A stretch of 64,000 nucleotides of DNA from Macrostomum lignano (GCA_002269645.1 NIVC01000052.1:744001-808000); one strand, 5' to 3'. Positions 12,510 to 24,206 are shown, counted from the stretch's first letter. Program-made: numbers and translations. Notes: generated by a model not told the origin, from the letters alone.

Positions 12510-14688
12510 AATTCTGCCTGAAGATGGCTAGTTTTAGCCGAAACGCGTCGCAAATAATATTGAGTTTTGTCTTACTATTATCTGTTAAGAGTGCTTCTCT
12601 ACCGCAATTCTATTTCGATATCAACAAGCGCTACTTGAGACAAGTCAACTTGTCTCAAAAAGGTCCAAAGAACAAGCTGACGTTGCCAAGGTGAAACTGG
12701 ACAATAAGCTGAAGAGTCTCTGGATCGAGAAGCAATTCGCCTCTCCAATTCCGAACGCTGTTGTCAACCTTTCCCGGCATGAGCTTTCTCTAAATGAGCT
12801 ACATGCACTGCAATTTGGTTTGAAACACCCGATTCTTCCTTCCAAGCTCAACAAGTTTCACCTCTTCTCTGAGTTAGAGAATGCCATTGGTAAGTGTACT
12901 CGACCTCTTAGTAATACCGGTAGCCGTGACGCGCACTTCCTTCCCGATGGTTGCAAGAACAGAATTATCTCTGACACTGATCACTTCTGCTCCCGTGCTC
13001 TCATGTCCATCAACAATAAACAGAACAAGTTTTTTCACAGAACCCTTAAGGACATCCGTAATAATGAACAAATCAAAATTTTGAGCTTTGACAAGGGCTA
13101 TGGCGTTGCTATTTTAGACAGTGCTGAATATGAGGCCAAAATGACCAACTTAATTCAAGACAAAACCAAATTTAAATGCTTAGGACCTGCCGATGAAAGG
13201 GTTACCGTGTCACACCCTGTTCTTAAATCTGAACGCTCTATTCAAAACTATATTAGAACCTATGTCAGACCGCACATAAGTGACCATGTGTACAAGAAGA
13301 TTATGCCGTGTGGGAGTCAACCTGGCCAACTCTATGGCTCGTGCAAGGTCCATAAGGAAGACAAACCATTGAGACCCATTGTGTCTATGCTGAACACGGC
13401 TGAATATGAGCTGGCTAAATTTCTAGACTCATTTATCAAGCCATGCATCCCTCAGGAATTCAGTTTGCGGTCCAATAGGGAATTCATAACAGCCATCAGC
13501 AATTACACCCCATCTCGCGAAGATCAATTGTATAGCTTCGATGTCACCTCTCTATTTACCAATGTTCCGCTGAATCTGGCGATCGACATTGCTACCAATT
13601 TGGTCTTCAAAGACAACCCAGCGCCACCAATCCCGGAGAAAGTGTTTAAGAAATTGTTGGTTATTGCCACGTCTGGGATATTCCAATTCGGCGATAAGTA
13701 TTTCCAGCAAATTGACGGCTGCGCTATGGGCAGCCCTCTTGCCCCCACTCTTGCTAACGTTTGCATGTCACATTGGGAGAAAACCTGGATGGAAAAAAGC
13801 TGTGCTCCAAAATTTTACAAACGGTATGTCGATGACACATGCGCTATTTTTGATAACGAGGAAGACTTTCTGCAATTTTTCAACACAATAAACGCCACCC
13901 ATCCTAACATTAAATTCACCGTGGAATATGGTGGAAAGAAACTACCGTTTCTTGACATCGAGATCCATCTGAAGGACTGCGCTATTGAGACCGAAGTGTA
14001 TCGCAAGCCCACATTCACTAAATTGATGCTTAATTTCCAGGCGTTGTGCCCCAGGGAATGGAAGACGGGAGTCATTCGTTGTCTGCTTCATCGTGCCTAT
14101 ACAGTATGTTGCTCTTGGTCGTTGCTGCACAACGAGTTTACCAACATTATCAATATTCTCACTGCCAATGGATACCCTATCAACTACATCATGAAGGTTA
14201 TTGGTAATTTCTTAGATGAAAAAATTGAAAAAAAGCTTAAACCTAAGCGGCCAGATAGAGAACCAGGAGAACCAATCTTGACTCTTCCTTTTTTGGGCAA
14301 CTCTTCGATTGTGTTTAAGAGGCAAATTCGCAAAACTTGCCAAAAATTCTTTAAGACTAAGATTCATGTAGTGTTCCGTACTCATAAAGTCAGTCAATTT
14401 GTTGGGAGTTTAAAGTCTCGTGTTCCATGTGCTCTCAAGGCAGGTGTCATCTATCGTTTTCGTTGCTCTGTTGACCAGAGCATTACCTACATTGGTAAAA
14501 CCAAGCGACACCTACTCACGAGAGCCAAGGAACATAGGCAACGAAACTCTCCGATTCATGAACATTTGCTGCAATGCCATGGTTGTTGTGATGAGCCAGA
14601 CATAACCTCTCATTTCAAGGTCATAGACAACAGCAAAAATGAGCATAAACTTAACATTCTTGAAGCTCTGCACATTAAGTTACACAAA
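10422..14688. mobile_element. Penelope-like retroelement (Penelope/Poseidon type, C-terminal GIY-YIG) as an inverted dimer with 5' ends facing inward
   Basis: Arms 10443-12487 and 12644-14688 are reverse complements (coordinate sum 25131; identical translations in the ORF track). The insert is flanked by the direct repeat CAAAAAGCTTTGA at 10409-10421 and 14685-14697. Confidence 0.95.
12511..12560 (+). ncRNA. Minimal type I hammerhead ribozyme of the PLE pseudo-LTR
   Basis: Core CTGAAGA (12518-12524), stem II GGCTA/TAGCC with a GTTT loop, GAAAC, palindromic stem III ACGCGT, cleavage triplet GTC (cut after 12549), short stem I TGC/GCA. Matches the minimal HHRs established for PLEs. Confidence 0.85.
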
Positions 14689-14697
14689 AAGCTTTGA
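12589..14697 (+). CDS. Penelope-like RT + GIY-YIG endonuclease ORF, sense copy
   Basis: Same motifs as the inverted copy. The frame is open from 12589 (track start GTG 12691), the first in-frame ATG is only at 13003, and the C-terminus is truncated (LHKKL*) at the insertion junction. Confidence 0.92.
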   Translation, partial: ECFSTAILFRYQQALLETSQLVSKRSKEQADVAKVKLDNKLKSLWIEKQFASPIPNAVVNLSRHELSLNELHALQFGLKHPILPSKLNKFHLFSELENAIGKCTRPLSNTGSRDAHFLPDGCKNRIISDTDHFCSRALMSINNKQNKFFHRTLKDIRNNEQIKILSFDKGYGVAILDSAEYEAKMTNLIQDKTKFKCLGPADERVTVSHPVLKSERSIQNYIRTYVRPHISDHVYKKIMPCGSQPGQLYGSCKVHKEDKPLRPIVSMLNTAEYELAKFLDSFIKPCIPQEFSLRSNREFITAISNYTPSREDQLYSFDVTSLFTNVPLNLAIDIATNLVFKDNPAPPIPEKVFKKLLVIATSGIFQFGDKYFQQIDGCAMGSPLAPTLANVCMSHWEKTWMEKSCAPKFYKRYVDDTCAIFDNEEDFLQFFNTINATHPNIKFTVEYGGKKLPFLDIEIHLKDCAIETEVYRKPTFTKLMLNFQALCPREWKTGVIRCLLHRAYTVCCSWSLLHNEFTNIINILTANGYPINYIMKVIGNFLDEKIEKKLKPKRPDREPGEPILTLPFLGNSSIVFKRQIRKTCQKFFKTKIHVVFRTHKVSQFVGSLKSRVPCALKAGVIYRFRCSVDQSITYIGKTKRHLLTRAKEHRQRNSPIHEHLLQCHGCCDEPDITSHFKVIDNSKNEHKLNILEALHIKLHKKL

Positions 14698-14765
14698 ATT
14701 TCCACTCTTGTCCAAGGCGGAGCGGCCTGACACGGGTTAACGGATAACACGCAAACACACTTTAC

Positions 14766-14885
14766 CTGACCATACTTCTCCGGCAACGAGGCCCATAGGG
14801 CTGTGATCTTTTTTAAGCTGACTTTTCGTCTCAGCCTACTGCCAACAGTAGCAGTAGCAGTAGTATCAGCAGCGGCTGCGGTACT
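14766..14885 (-). CDS. PDZ gene exon 8 (STAAAADTTATATVGSRLRRKVSLKKITALWASLPEKYGQ)
   Basis: CGCAG acceptor, CAG|GTAAAG donor, 120 nt, phase 0/0 matching exon 7. Exons further downstream are not resolved. Confidence 0.6.
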
Positions 14886-16131
14886 CTGCGATTTTTATAG
14901 GAAATTTGTTGAAAATTCTGAAAAAAATTGGCCGGACGCTTGTCGTGTGCGATTCACAGCCGTGAGGGCCAGCCGTCACGATCTCTTTATCTAATAAAGA
15001 GATTTAGCGGACAAAGCGACATGGTATATACATGAACTAATAGCTAACGCATGTACCCCTGTATGTATATAGAGATAAAACCTATTTGATATGCAGTTAC
15101 CATCGAAACGATTTTGATCGGGAAAATCTCTAGTAGTTATACTAAGCATTGGGGGGGGGGCAATGCAGACAGAATCTGCCTGAAAAAAGCATCGCGGGCA
15201 AACCTCGGCAAAGAAACTCCCCAGAGTCGTTGCAGGTAGACACAGGTAAAATAGGAAACAAATAGAATTTTTAGTATCTAGACTAGACTAGTTGCCAAAG
15301 TGTCATTTTGAGGTGTTTTAGTCTTTGTGATTCTTAAAAAAACGACTCTGCGATGCTTCTATAATGACGCTGGGGCCGTACAGTCGCATCTAAAGCACAT
15401 TTGCGTCCCTCGATGAATTAGAATCCCATTTCGCATTTCTAACAGCTCTATCTAGTCTATACTTGAGTTTGTAGATGGTTAAACGCTAACACAAACTCAT
15501 GAGCGACTTTTTAGCGATTCTACAGCTCACGTGATTCTCGGCCGCATTGCATTGATTTGATGCTCCAGAGTTACTGCTGATTTGTCTTCAATGACTTTTT
15601 AGCGATTCTTGTCACGGTGCCGCCTGACATGCAAATCTCTGTCAGTAGTAATTAGTACTTAGAGTAGCTACTGCCACATTCTAACGCAAGTTGTAAAACA
15701 CGGATGCAAGCTCAGCAATAGATAAATCAAACAGGGCACGGAAAAATAAATGCAATAAATATGCAATAGAGGAGACTAGCAACTAATCGCAAACAGATTA
15801 ACGGGATGCAGAGGGATTAGGGATTAGGCAACGCAGAGAAGATAACCGATGCGGATAATACATGCGATAGGAAAGAACACAGTGTGGCAAAAATTAGTGA
15901 CTTGAATTGCGCTTCCTCTAAGCAGAGCAGCCGAAGAAGACGAAGAACCGAAGGGTAAGAGGAGCAGAAAAAAAGATTAGAGGCGGGAGGCTTGAGCATC
16001 CTCAGGAGGCGGGCTCGGGTGTATAAATATAGCCGCCTCCATTCCTAGGCTTCGGCGTGAACGCGCGGCATGAGGAAAAAAATTGCAAGCGCGAGCAGGG
16101 GCTACGCACGAGGGGGAGGCGCAGGACTTAC

Positions 16132-16262
16132 ATCAACTGCTGGAGAGCCGCAGTTGCCGGCTATTCTGGGCTGCTGATGCAGCCGCCGGTGTGTTGGGCT
16201 GGGGCCCGAGCTGGGCGACTCGCACTGGCTGCTGCCGCTGCCCAGCCTGAGGTCGGCGGAGT
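16132..16262 (-). CDS. PDZ gene exon 7 (Ser/Gly/Pro-rich)
   Basis: CCCGCAG acceptor, GAT|GTAAGT donor, 131 nt, phase 1/0, open frame. Confidence 0.65.
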
Positions 16263-16284
16263 CTGCGGGATGCAGATTTATATA

Positions 16285-16382
16285 TAGATATAGATAGATA
16301 GATAGATAGATATATGATATATAGATTAGATAGATAGATGGATAGACAGGTAGATATATAGATAGAGAGATGATAGATAGAT

Positions 16383-16435
<53 letters not shown>

Positions 16436-16577
16436 GGTAGATAGATTAGATAGATAGATGGATAGACAGGTAGATAGATGGATAGACAGATAGATAGATA
16501 GACAGATAGATAGATAGATAGATATATAGATTAGATTAGATAGATAGATAGATGGATAGATAGATAGATAGATAGAC

Positions 16578-16618
<41 letters not shown>

Positions 16619-16640
16619 TATAGATAGATGATAGATAGAT

Positions 16641-16689
<49 letters not shown>

Positions 16690-16690
16690 G

Positions 16691-16756
<66 letters not shown>

Positions 16757-16757
16757 C
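16285..16757. repeat. Interrupted (GATA)n microsatellite
   Basis: Direct observation. Confidence 0.97.
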
Positions 16758-16992
16758 TAGCAATCTAGCGCCCCCCTTCGGGGTGGCCAATAAGCAAGGG
16801 ACGAATCCTTTAAAATGAAAAAAAATTCTTAGGGAGGGGGGCTAGGAATCGATTTCTCATTTTAATTCCAGGCTTATGTACCAATAAAACATGTTTGTGC
16901 AGAATTTTATAACAGACATTGAAATTCAACCATACTTGCCTTCTTTCAGAGCTACTTCTACCAGTATGCTTCAGTACGCTACCAGTACCCGT

Positions 16993-17098
16993 GTAAGCCT
17001 TGACATGTCAGCAATCCCCCCCCACAAGCCTTAACATATCAACTCCCCCCTTGACATCTCAGCGATGCTCCCATAAGCCTTGAAATCTTAAAAAATCT
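16993..17098 (+). repeat. Short interspersed repeat (copy 1), with three internal AAGCCTT(G/A)A motifs
   Basis: Near-identical to 62426-62528. Confidence 0.8.
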
Positions 17099-17107
17099 GT
17101 CTACTTT

Positions 17108-17128
17108 CTAACCCTAACCCTAACCCTA
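17108..17128. repeat. Interstitial telomeric repeat (CCCTAA)3
   Basis: TAACCCTAACCCTAACCCTAA, i.e. TTAGGG on the minus strand. Confidence 0.6.
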
Positions 17129-17149
17129 ATTTTTTTTTGTCTTGGCGTT

Positions 17150-17244
17150 AAAAAGCTTTAATTAAAAAAACTCTACTCTCTAAAAATTCGAACCATCGTC
17201 CCTGCATTTAGCAGTTTAGTCTGTTTACCTCTAGGCTAGCTCTC
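17150..17244 (-). mobile_element. tRNA-derived SINE family A (tRNA-Ser(GCT)-like head), copy 1
   Basis: Minus strand GAGAGCTAGCCTAGAGG...CTGCTAAATGCAGGGACGATGGTTCGAATT, with A-box- and B-box-like motifs; homologous to 21944-22049. Confidence 0.6.
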
Positions 17245-17505
17245 ATGAATTTTAGTCATTACCCCTAAATAGAAAATATTCCCAAGACAGCAAGCATCCC
17301 CCAGTAGCAAGCATCCCCTAATACTCCTAGCAAGCATCCACCCAGATAGCAAGCATCTTGCAGATAGCAAGCATACCCCAAATAATGTAGAAGCATCCTT
17401 CCAGATAGCAAGCATCCTGCACATAGCAAGAATCCCTAAATAGCAAGCATCCCTGGATAGAAATAATCCTATACATGTAGCCAAGCTTATCAAGCGCAGT
17501 AATCC

Positions 17506-20500
17506 TTGGCTATCGAGTGCAGTAATCCTTGGTTTATTAATAGCAAAAATCCATGGCTTATCGAGTGCAGTAATCCTTGGTTTATTAATAGCAATAATCC
17601 TTGGCTTATCGAGTGCAGTAATCCTTGGTTTATTAATAGCAATAATCCTTGGCTTATCGAGTGCAGTAATCCTTGGTTTATTAATAGCAATAATCCTTGG
17701 CTTATCGAGTGCAGTAATCCTTGGTTTATTAATAGCAATAATCCTTGGCTTATCGAGTGCAGTAATCCTTGGTTTATTAATAGCAATAATCCTTGGCTTA
17801 TCGAGTGCAGCAATCCTTGGTTTATTAATAGCAATAATCCTTGGCTTATCGAGTGCAGCAATCCTTGGTTTATTAATAGCAATAATCCATGGCTTATCGA
17901 GTGCAGTAATCCTTGGTTTATTAATAGCAATAATCCTTGGCTTATCGAGTGCAGCAATCCTTGGTTTATTAATAGCAATAATCCTTGGCTTATCGAGTGC
18001 AGCAATCCTTGGTTTATTAATAGCAATAATCCTTGATAAATTAAGTGCAGTAATCCTTGGTTTATTAATAGCAATAATCCTTGGCTTATCGAGTGCAGTA
18101 ATCCTTGGTTTATTAATAGCAATAATCCTTGGCTTATCGAGTGCAGTAATCCTTGGTTTATTAATAGCAATAATCCTTGGCTTATCGAGTGCAGCAATCC
18201 TTGGTTTATTAATAGCAATAATCCTTGGCTTATCGAGTGCAGCAATCCTTGGTTTATTAATAGCAATAATCCTTGGCTTATCGAGTGCAGTAATCCTTGG
18301 TTTATTAATAGCAATAATCCTTGGCTTATCGAGTGCAGCAATCCTTGGTTTATTAATAGCAATAATCCTTGGCTTATCGAGTGCAGTAATCCTTGGTTTA
18401 TTAATAGCAATAATCCTTGGCTTATCGAGTGCAGCAATCCTTGGTTTATTAATAGCAATAATCCTTGGCTTATCGAGTGCAGTAATCCTTGGTTTATTAA
18501 TAGCAATAATCCATGGCTTATGAGTGCAGTAATCCTTGGTTTATTAATAGCAATAATCCTTGGCTTATCGAGTGCAGCAATCCTTGGTTTATTAATAGCA
18601 ATAATCCATGGCTTATCGAGTGCAGTAATCCTTGGTTTGCCAAGAGCAATAGTCCTTGGTTTATTGAGTGCAGTAATCCTTGGTTTATTAATAGCAATAA
18701 TCCTTGGCTTATCGAGTGCAGTAATCCTTGGTTTGCCAAGAGCAATAGTCCTTGGTTTATTGAGTGCAGTAATCCTTGGTTTATTAATAGCAATAATCCT
18801 TGGCTTATCGAGTGCAGTAATCCTTGGTTTATTAATAGCAATAATCCTTGGCTTATCGAGTGCAGTAATCCTTGGTTTGCCAAGAGCAATAGTCCTTGGT
18901 TTATTGAGTGCAGTAATCCTTGGTTTATTAATAGCAATAATCCTTGGCTTATCGAGTGCAGTAATCCTTGGTTTATTAATAGCAATAATCCTTGGCTTAT
19001 CGAGTGCAGTAATCCTTGGTTTATTAATAGCAATAGTCCTTGGTTTATCGAGTGCAGTAATCCTTGGTTTGCCAAGAGCAATAATCCTTGGCTTATCGAG
19101 TGCAGTAATCCTTGGTTTATTAATAGCAATAATCCTTGGCTTATCGAGTGCAGTAATCCTTGGTTTATTAATAGCAATAATCCATGGCTTATCGAGTGCA
19201 GTAATCCTTGGTTTATTAATAGCAATAATCCTTGGCTTATCGAGTGCAGTAAGCCTTGGTTTATTAATAGCAATAATCCTTGGCTTATCGAGTGCAGTAA
19301 TCCTTGGTTTATTAATAGCAATAATCCTTGGCTTATCGAGTGCAGTAATCCTTGGTTTATTAATAGCAATAATCCTTGGCTTATCGAGTGCAGTAATCCT
19401 TGGTTTATTAATAGCAATAATCCTTGGCTTATCGAGTGCAGCAATCCTTGGTTTATTAATAGCAATAATCCTTGGCTTATCGAGTGCAGCAATCCTTGGT
19501 TTATTAATAGCAATAATCCATGGCTTATCGAGTGCAGTAATCCTTGGTTTATTAATAGCAATAATCCTTGGCTTATCGAGTGCAGCAATCCTTGGTTTAT
19601 TAATAGCAATAATCCTTGGCTTATCGAGTGCAGCAATCCTTGGTTTATTAATAGCAATAATCCTTGGCTTATCGAGTGCAGTAATCCTTGGTTTATTAAT
19701 AGCAATAATCCTTGGCTTATCGAGTGCAGTAATCCTTGGTTTATTAATAGCAATAATCCATGGCTTATCGAGTGCAGTAATCCTTGGTTTATTAATAGCA
19801 ATAATCCTTGGCTTATCGAGTGCAGCAATCCTTGGTTTATTAATAGCAATAATCCTTGGCTTATCGAGTGCAGCAATCCTTGGTTTATTAATAGCAATAA
19901 TCCTTGGCTTATCGAGTGCAGTAATCCTTGGTTTATTAATAGCAATAATCCTTGGCTTATCGAGTGCAGCAATCCTTGGTTTATTAATAGCAATAATCCT
20001 TGGCTTATCGAGTGCAGTAATCCTTGGTTTATTAATAGCAATAATCCTTGGCTTATCGAGTGCAGCAATCCTTGGTTTATTAATAGCAATAATCCTTGGC
20101 TTATCGAGTGCAGTAATCCTTGGTTTATTAATAGCAATAATCCATGGCTTATGAGTGCAGTAATCCTTGGTTTATTAATAGCAATAATCCTTGGCTTATC
20201 GAGTGCAGCAATCCTTGGTTTATTAATAGCAATAATCCTTGGCTTATCGAGTGCAGTAATCCTTGGTTTGCCAAGAGCAATAGTCCTTGGTTTATTGAGT
20301 GCAGTAATCCTTGGTTTATTAATAGCAATAATCCTTGGCTTATCGAGTGCAGTAATCCTTGGTTTGCCAAGAGCAATAGTCCTTGGTTTATTGAGTGCAG
20401 TAATCCTTGGTTTATTAATAGCAATAATCCTTGGCTTATCGAGTGCAGTAATCCTTGGTTTATTAATAGCAATAATCCTTGGCTTATCGAGTGCAGTAAT

Positions 20501-21918
20501 CCTTGGTTTGCCAAGAGCAATAGTCCTTGGTTTATTAAGTGCAGTAATCCTTGGTTTATTAATAGCAATAATCCTTGGCTTATCGAGTGCAGTAATCCTT
20601 GGTTTATTAATAGCAATAATCCTTGGCTTATCGAGTGCAGTAATCCTTGGTTTATTAATAGCAATAGTCCTTGGTTTATCGAGTGCAGTAATCCTTGGTT
20701 TGCCAAGAGCAATAATCCTTGGCTTATCGAGTGCAGTAATCCTTGGTTTATTAATAGCAATAATCCTTGGCTTATCGAGTGCAGTAATCCTTGGTTTATT
20801 AATAGCAATAATCCTTGGCTTATCGAGTGCAGTAATCCTTGGTTTATTAATAGCAATAATCCTTGGCTTATCGAGTGCAGTAATCCTTGGTTTATTAATA
20901 GCAATAATCCATGGCTTATCGAGTGCAGTAATCCTTGGTTTATTAATAGCAATAATCCTTGATTAATAAAGTGCATTAATCCTTGGTTTATTAATAGCAA
21001 TAATCCTTGGCTTCTTGAGTGCAGTAATCCTTGGTTTATTAATAGCAATAATCCTTGGCTTATTGAGTGCAGTAATCCTTGGTTTGCCAGGAGCAATAGT
21101 CCTTGGTTTATCGAGTGCAGTAATCCTTGGTTTATTAATAGCAATAATCCTTGATTAATCAAGTGCATTAATCCTTGGTTTATTAATAGCAATAATCCTT
21201 GGCTTATTGAGTGCAGTAATCCTTGGTTTATTAATAGCAATAATCCTTGATAAATTAAGTGCAGTAATCCTTGGTTTATTAATAGCAATAATCCTTGGCT
21301 TATCGAGTGCAGTAATCCTTGGTTTATTAATAGCAATAATCCTTGGCTTATCGAGTGCAGTAATCCTTGGTTTATTAATAGCAATAATCCATGGCTTATC
21401 GAGTGCAGTAATCCTTGGTTTGCCAAGAGCAGTAATCCTTGGCTTATCGAGTGCAGTAATCCTTGGTTTGCCAAGAGCAGTAGTCCTTGGTTTATTGAGT
21501 GCAGTAATCCTTGGTTTATTAATAGCAATAGTCCTTGGTTTATTGAGTGCAGTAATCCTTGGTTTATTAATAGCAATAATCCTTGGCTTATCGAGTGCAG
21601 TAATCCTTGGTTTGCCAAGAGCAGTAATCCTTGGTTTATCAAGTGCAATAATCCTTGGTTTATCAAGTGCAATAATCCTTGGTTTATCGAGTGCAGTAAT
21701 CCTTGGTTTGCCAAGAGCAATAATCCTAAGTTTATCGAGTGCAGTAATCCTTAGTTTTCCAAGTGCAGTAATCCTTGGTTTATTAAGAGCAATAATCCTT
21801 GGCTTATCGAGTGTAGTAATCCTTGGTTTGCCAAGAGCAATAATCCTTGGCTTATCGAGTGCAGTATTCCTTGGTTTGCCAAGAGCAATAATCCTTAGCT
21901 TATCGAGTGCAGTAATCT
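17506..21918. repeat. 48-bp satellite (dimer of diverged 24-bp monomers) with higher-order block duplication
   Basis: GAGTGCAGTAATCCTTGGTTTATT + AATAGCAATAATCCTTGGCTTATC; degenerates at the right end. Confidence 0.98.
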
Positions 21919-21943
21919 AAGTGTTTTTATTTAGTCCTTTAAT

Positions 21944-22049
21944 AAAAGCTTTTAATAAAAAATTTTACACTACTACTTTTAAACTACTTAGATTCGAACC
22001 CAGGTCGCTGCATTAGCAGTCTGGTCTGCTCAGCTCTAGGCTAGCTCTC
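21944..22049 (-). mobile_element. tRNA-derived SINE family A, copy 2
   Basis: Minus strand GAGAGCTAGCCTAGAGCTGAGCAGACCAGACTGCTAATGCAGCGACCTGGGTTCGAATC: CTGCTAA is the Ser(GCT) anticodon loop and GGTTCGAATC is a B-box. Confidence 0.65.
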
Positions 22050-22479
22050 ATTGAAGTTATCATTGAATTTGTACCACTTATATAATTCAACACTCACACC
22101 AAGTCAGGTAGAGTAAAAAGTCACGCGAAGCAGTTATGACATAATCAATTTCTTAGGCAAGTCAGTACCAGTGTCTATGAAAGCTAACAATATGGTTACG
22201 TAATATAAATTCAGTACTGCACTATACTTTCACACTCAAAGCTGTGACGCAATTCAATTGAGTGTCAAATTCAGCCAGTACACAGACGATAAATAAAGTG
22301 TATTGTGATGCAATCTATTTCAGAATCAGAATTCAACCAGTCAGTTTTTTCTCTAGCATTTTTACAGTGCGTTTCAAGTCGAAATAGCTGCTTGACCTTT
22401 GCAAAAAAGCATGTTTTTCGAATATTTAATCCCTTTAGCATCGAGCAATTTCTTAGCCACGATGCATGTACCGTCACGG

Positions 22480-22577
22480 AAAATTTTCTGATCGAATGGT
22501 GCAAGTTCGAATAAAATCGGTTGAGCCGTTTTTGCTAAAATCGATCACACACATACCAACAGACCATTTTTAGTATA

Positions 22578-22580
<3 letters not shown>
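22480..22580 (+). mobile_element. Possible non-autonomous Helitron-like 3' end running into (GATA)n
   Basis: TGCAAGTTCGAATAAAATCGGTTGAGCCGTTT...CACACACATAC...TTTTAGTATAT resembles, from memory, the 3' ends of small invertebrate rolling-circle elements. Confidence 0.3.
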
Positions 22581-23966
<1,386 letters not shown>

Positions 23967-24206
23967 AAGCTAGGTGAAAACCCCACAGAAATGTAGCAAT
24001 ATGCGAGCGCACCCAGGACGCAGCAATAAAGTGGAATAATGAATGCGCGCTCAGTCTCCCCGATGCCCCGCCCAGCATCCCCTCCCTGCTTTCAGCCCTG
24101 GAATCCGGTGGGGGGGGGGGGTTTGGACAGCCAGACTGGCAGCAGTTGCAGCTCAATCGGAGCAGAGCTCAGACAGAGCGGCAGGTCCGCATCCCCACCT
24201 ACCTAC

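Noticed and set aside
17490-21920. 817-aa, 544-aa and 539-aa repeat ORFs (NSNNPWLIEC..., LLLINQGLLHS...)
   Set aside because: The 48-bp satellite is open in several frames on both strands and frames switch at 1-bp indels, so it is not protein-coding.
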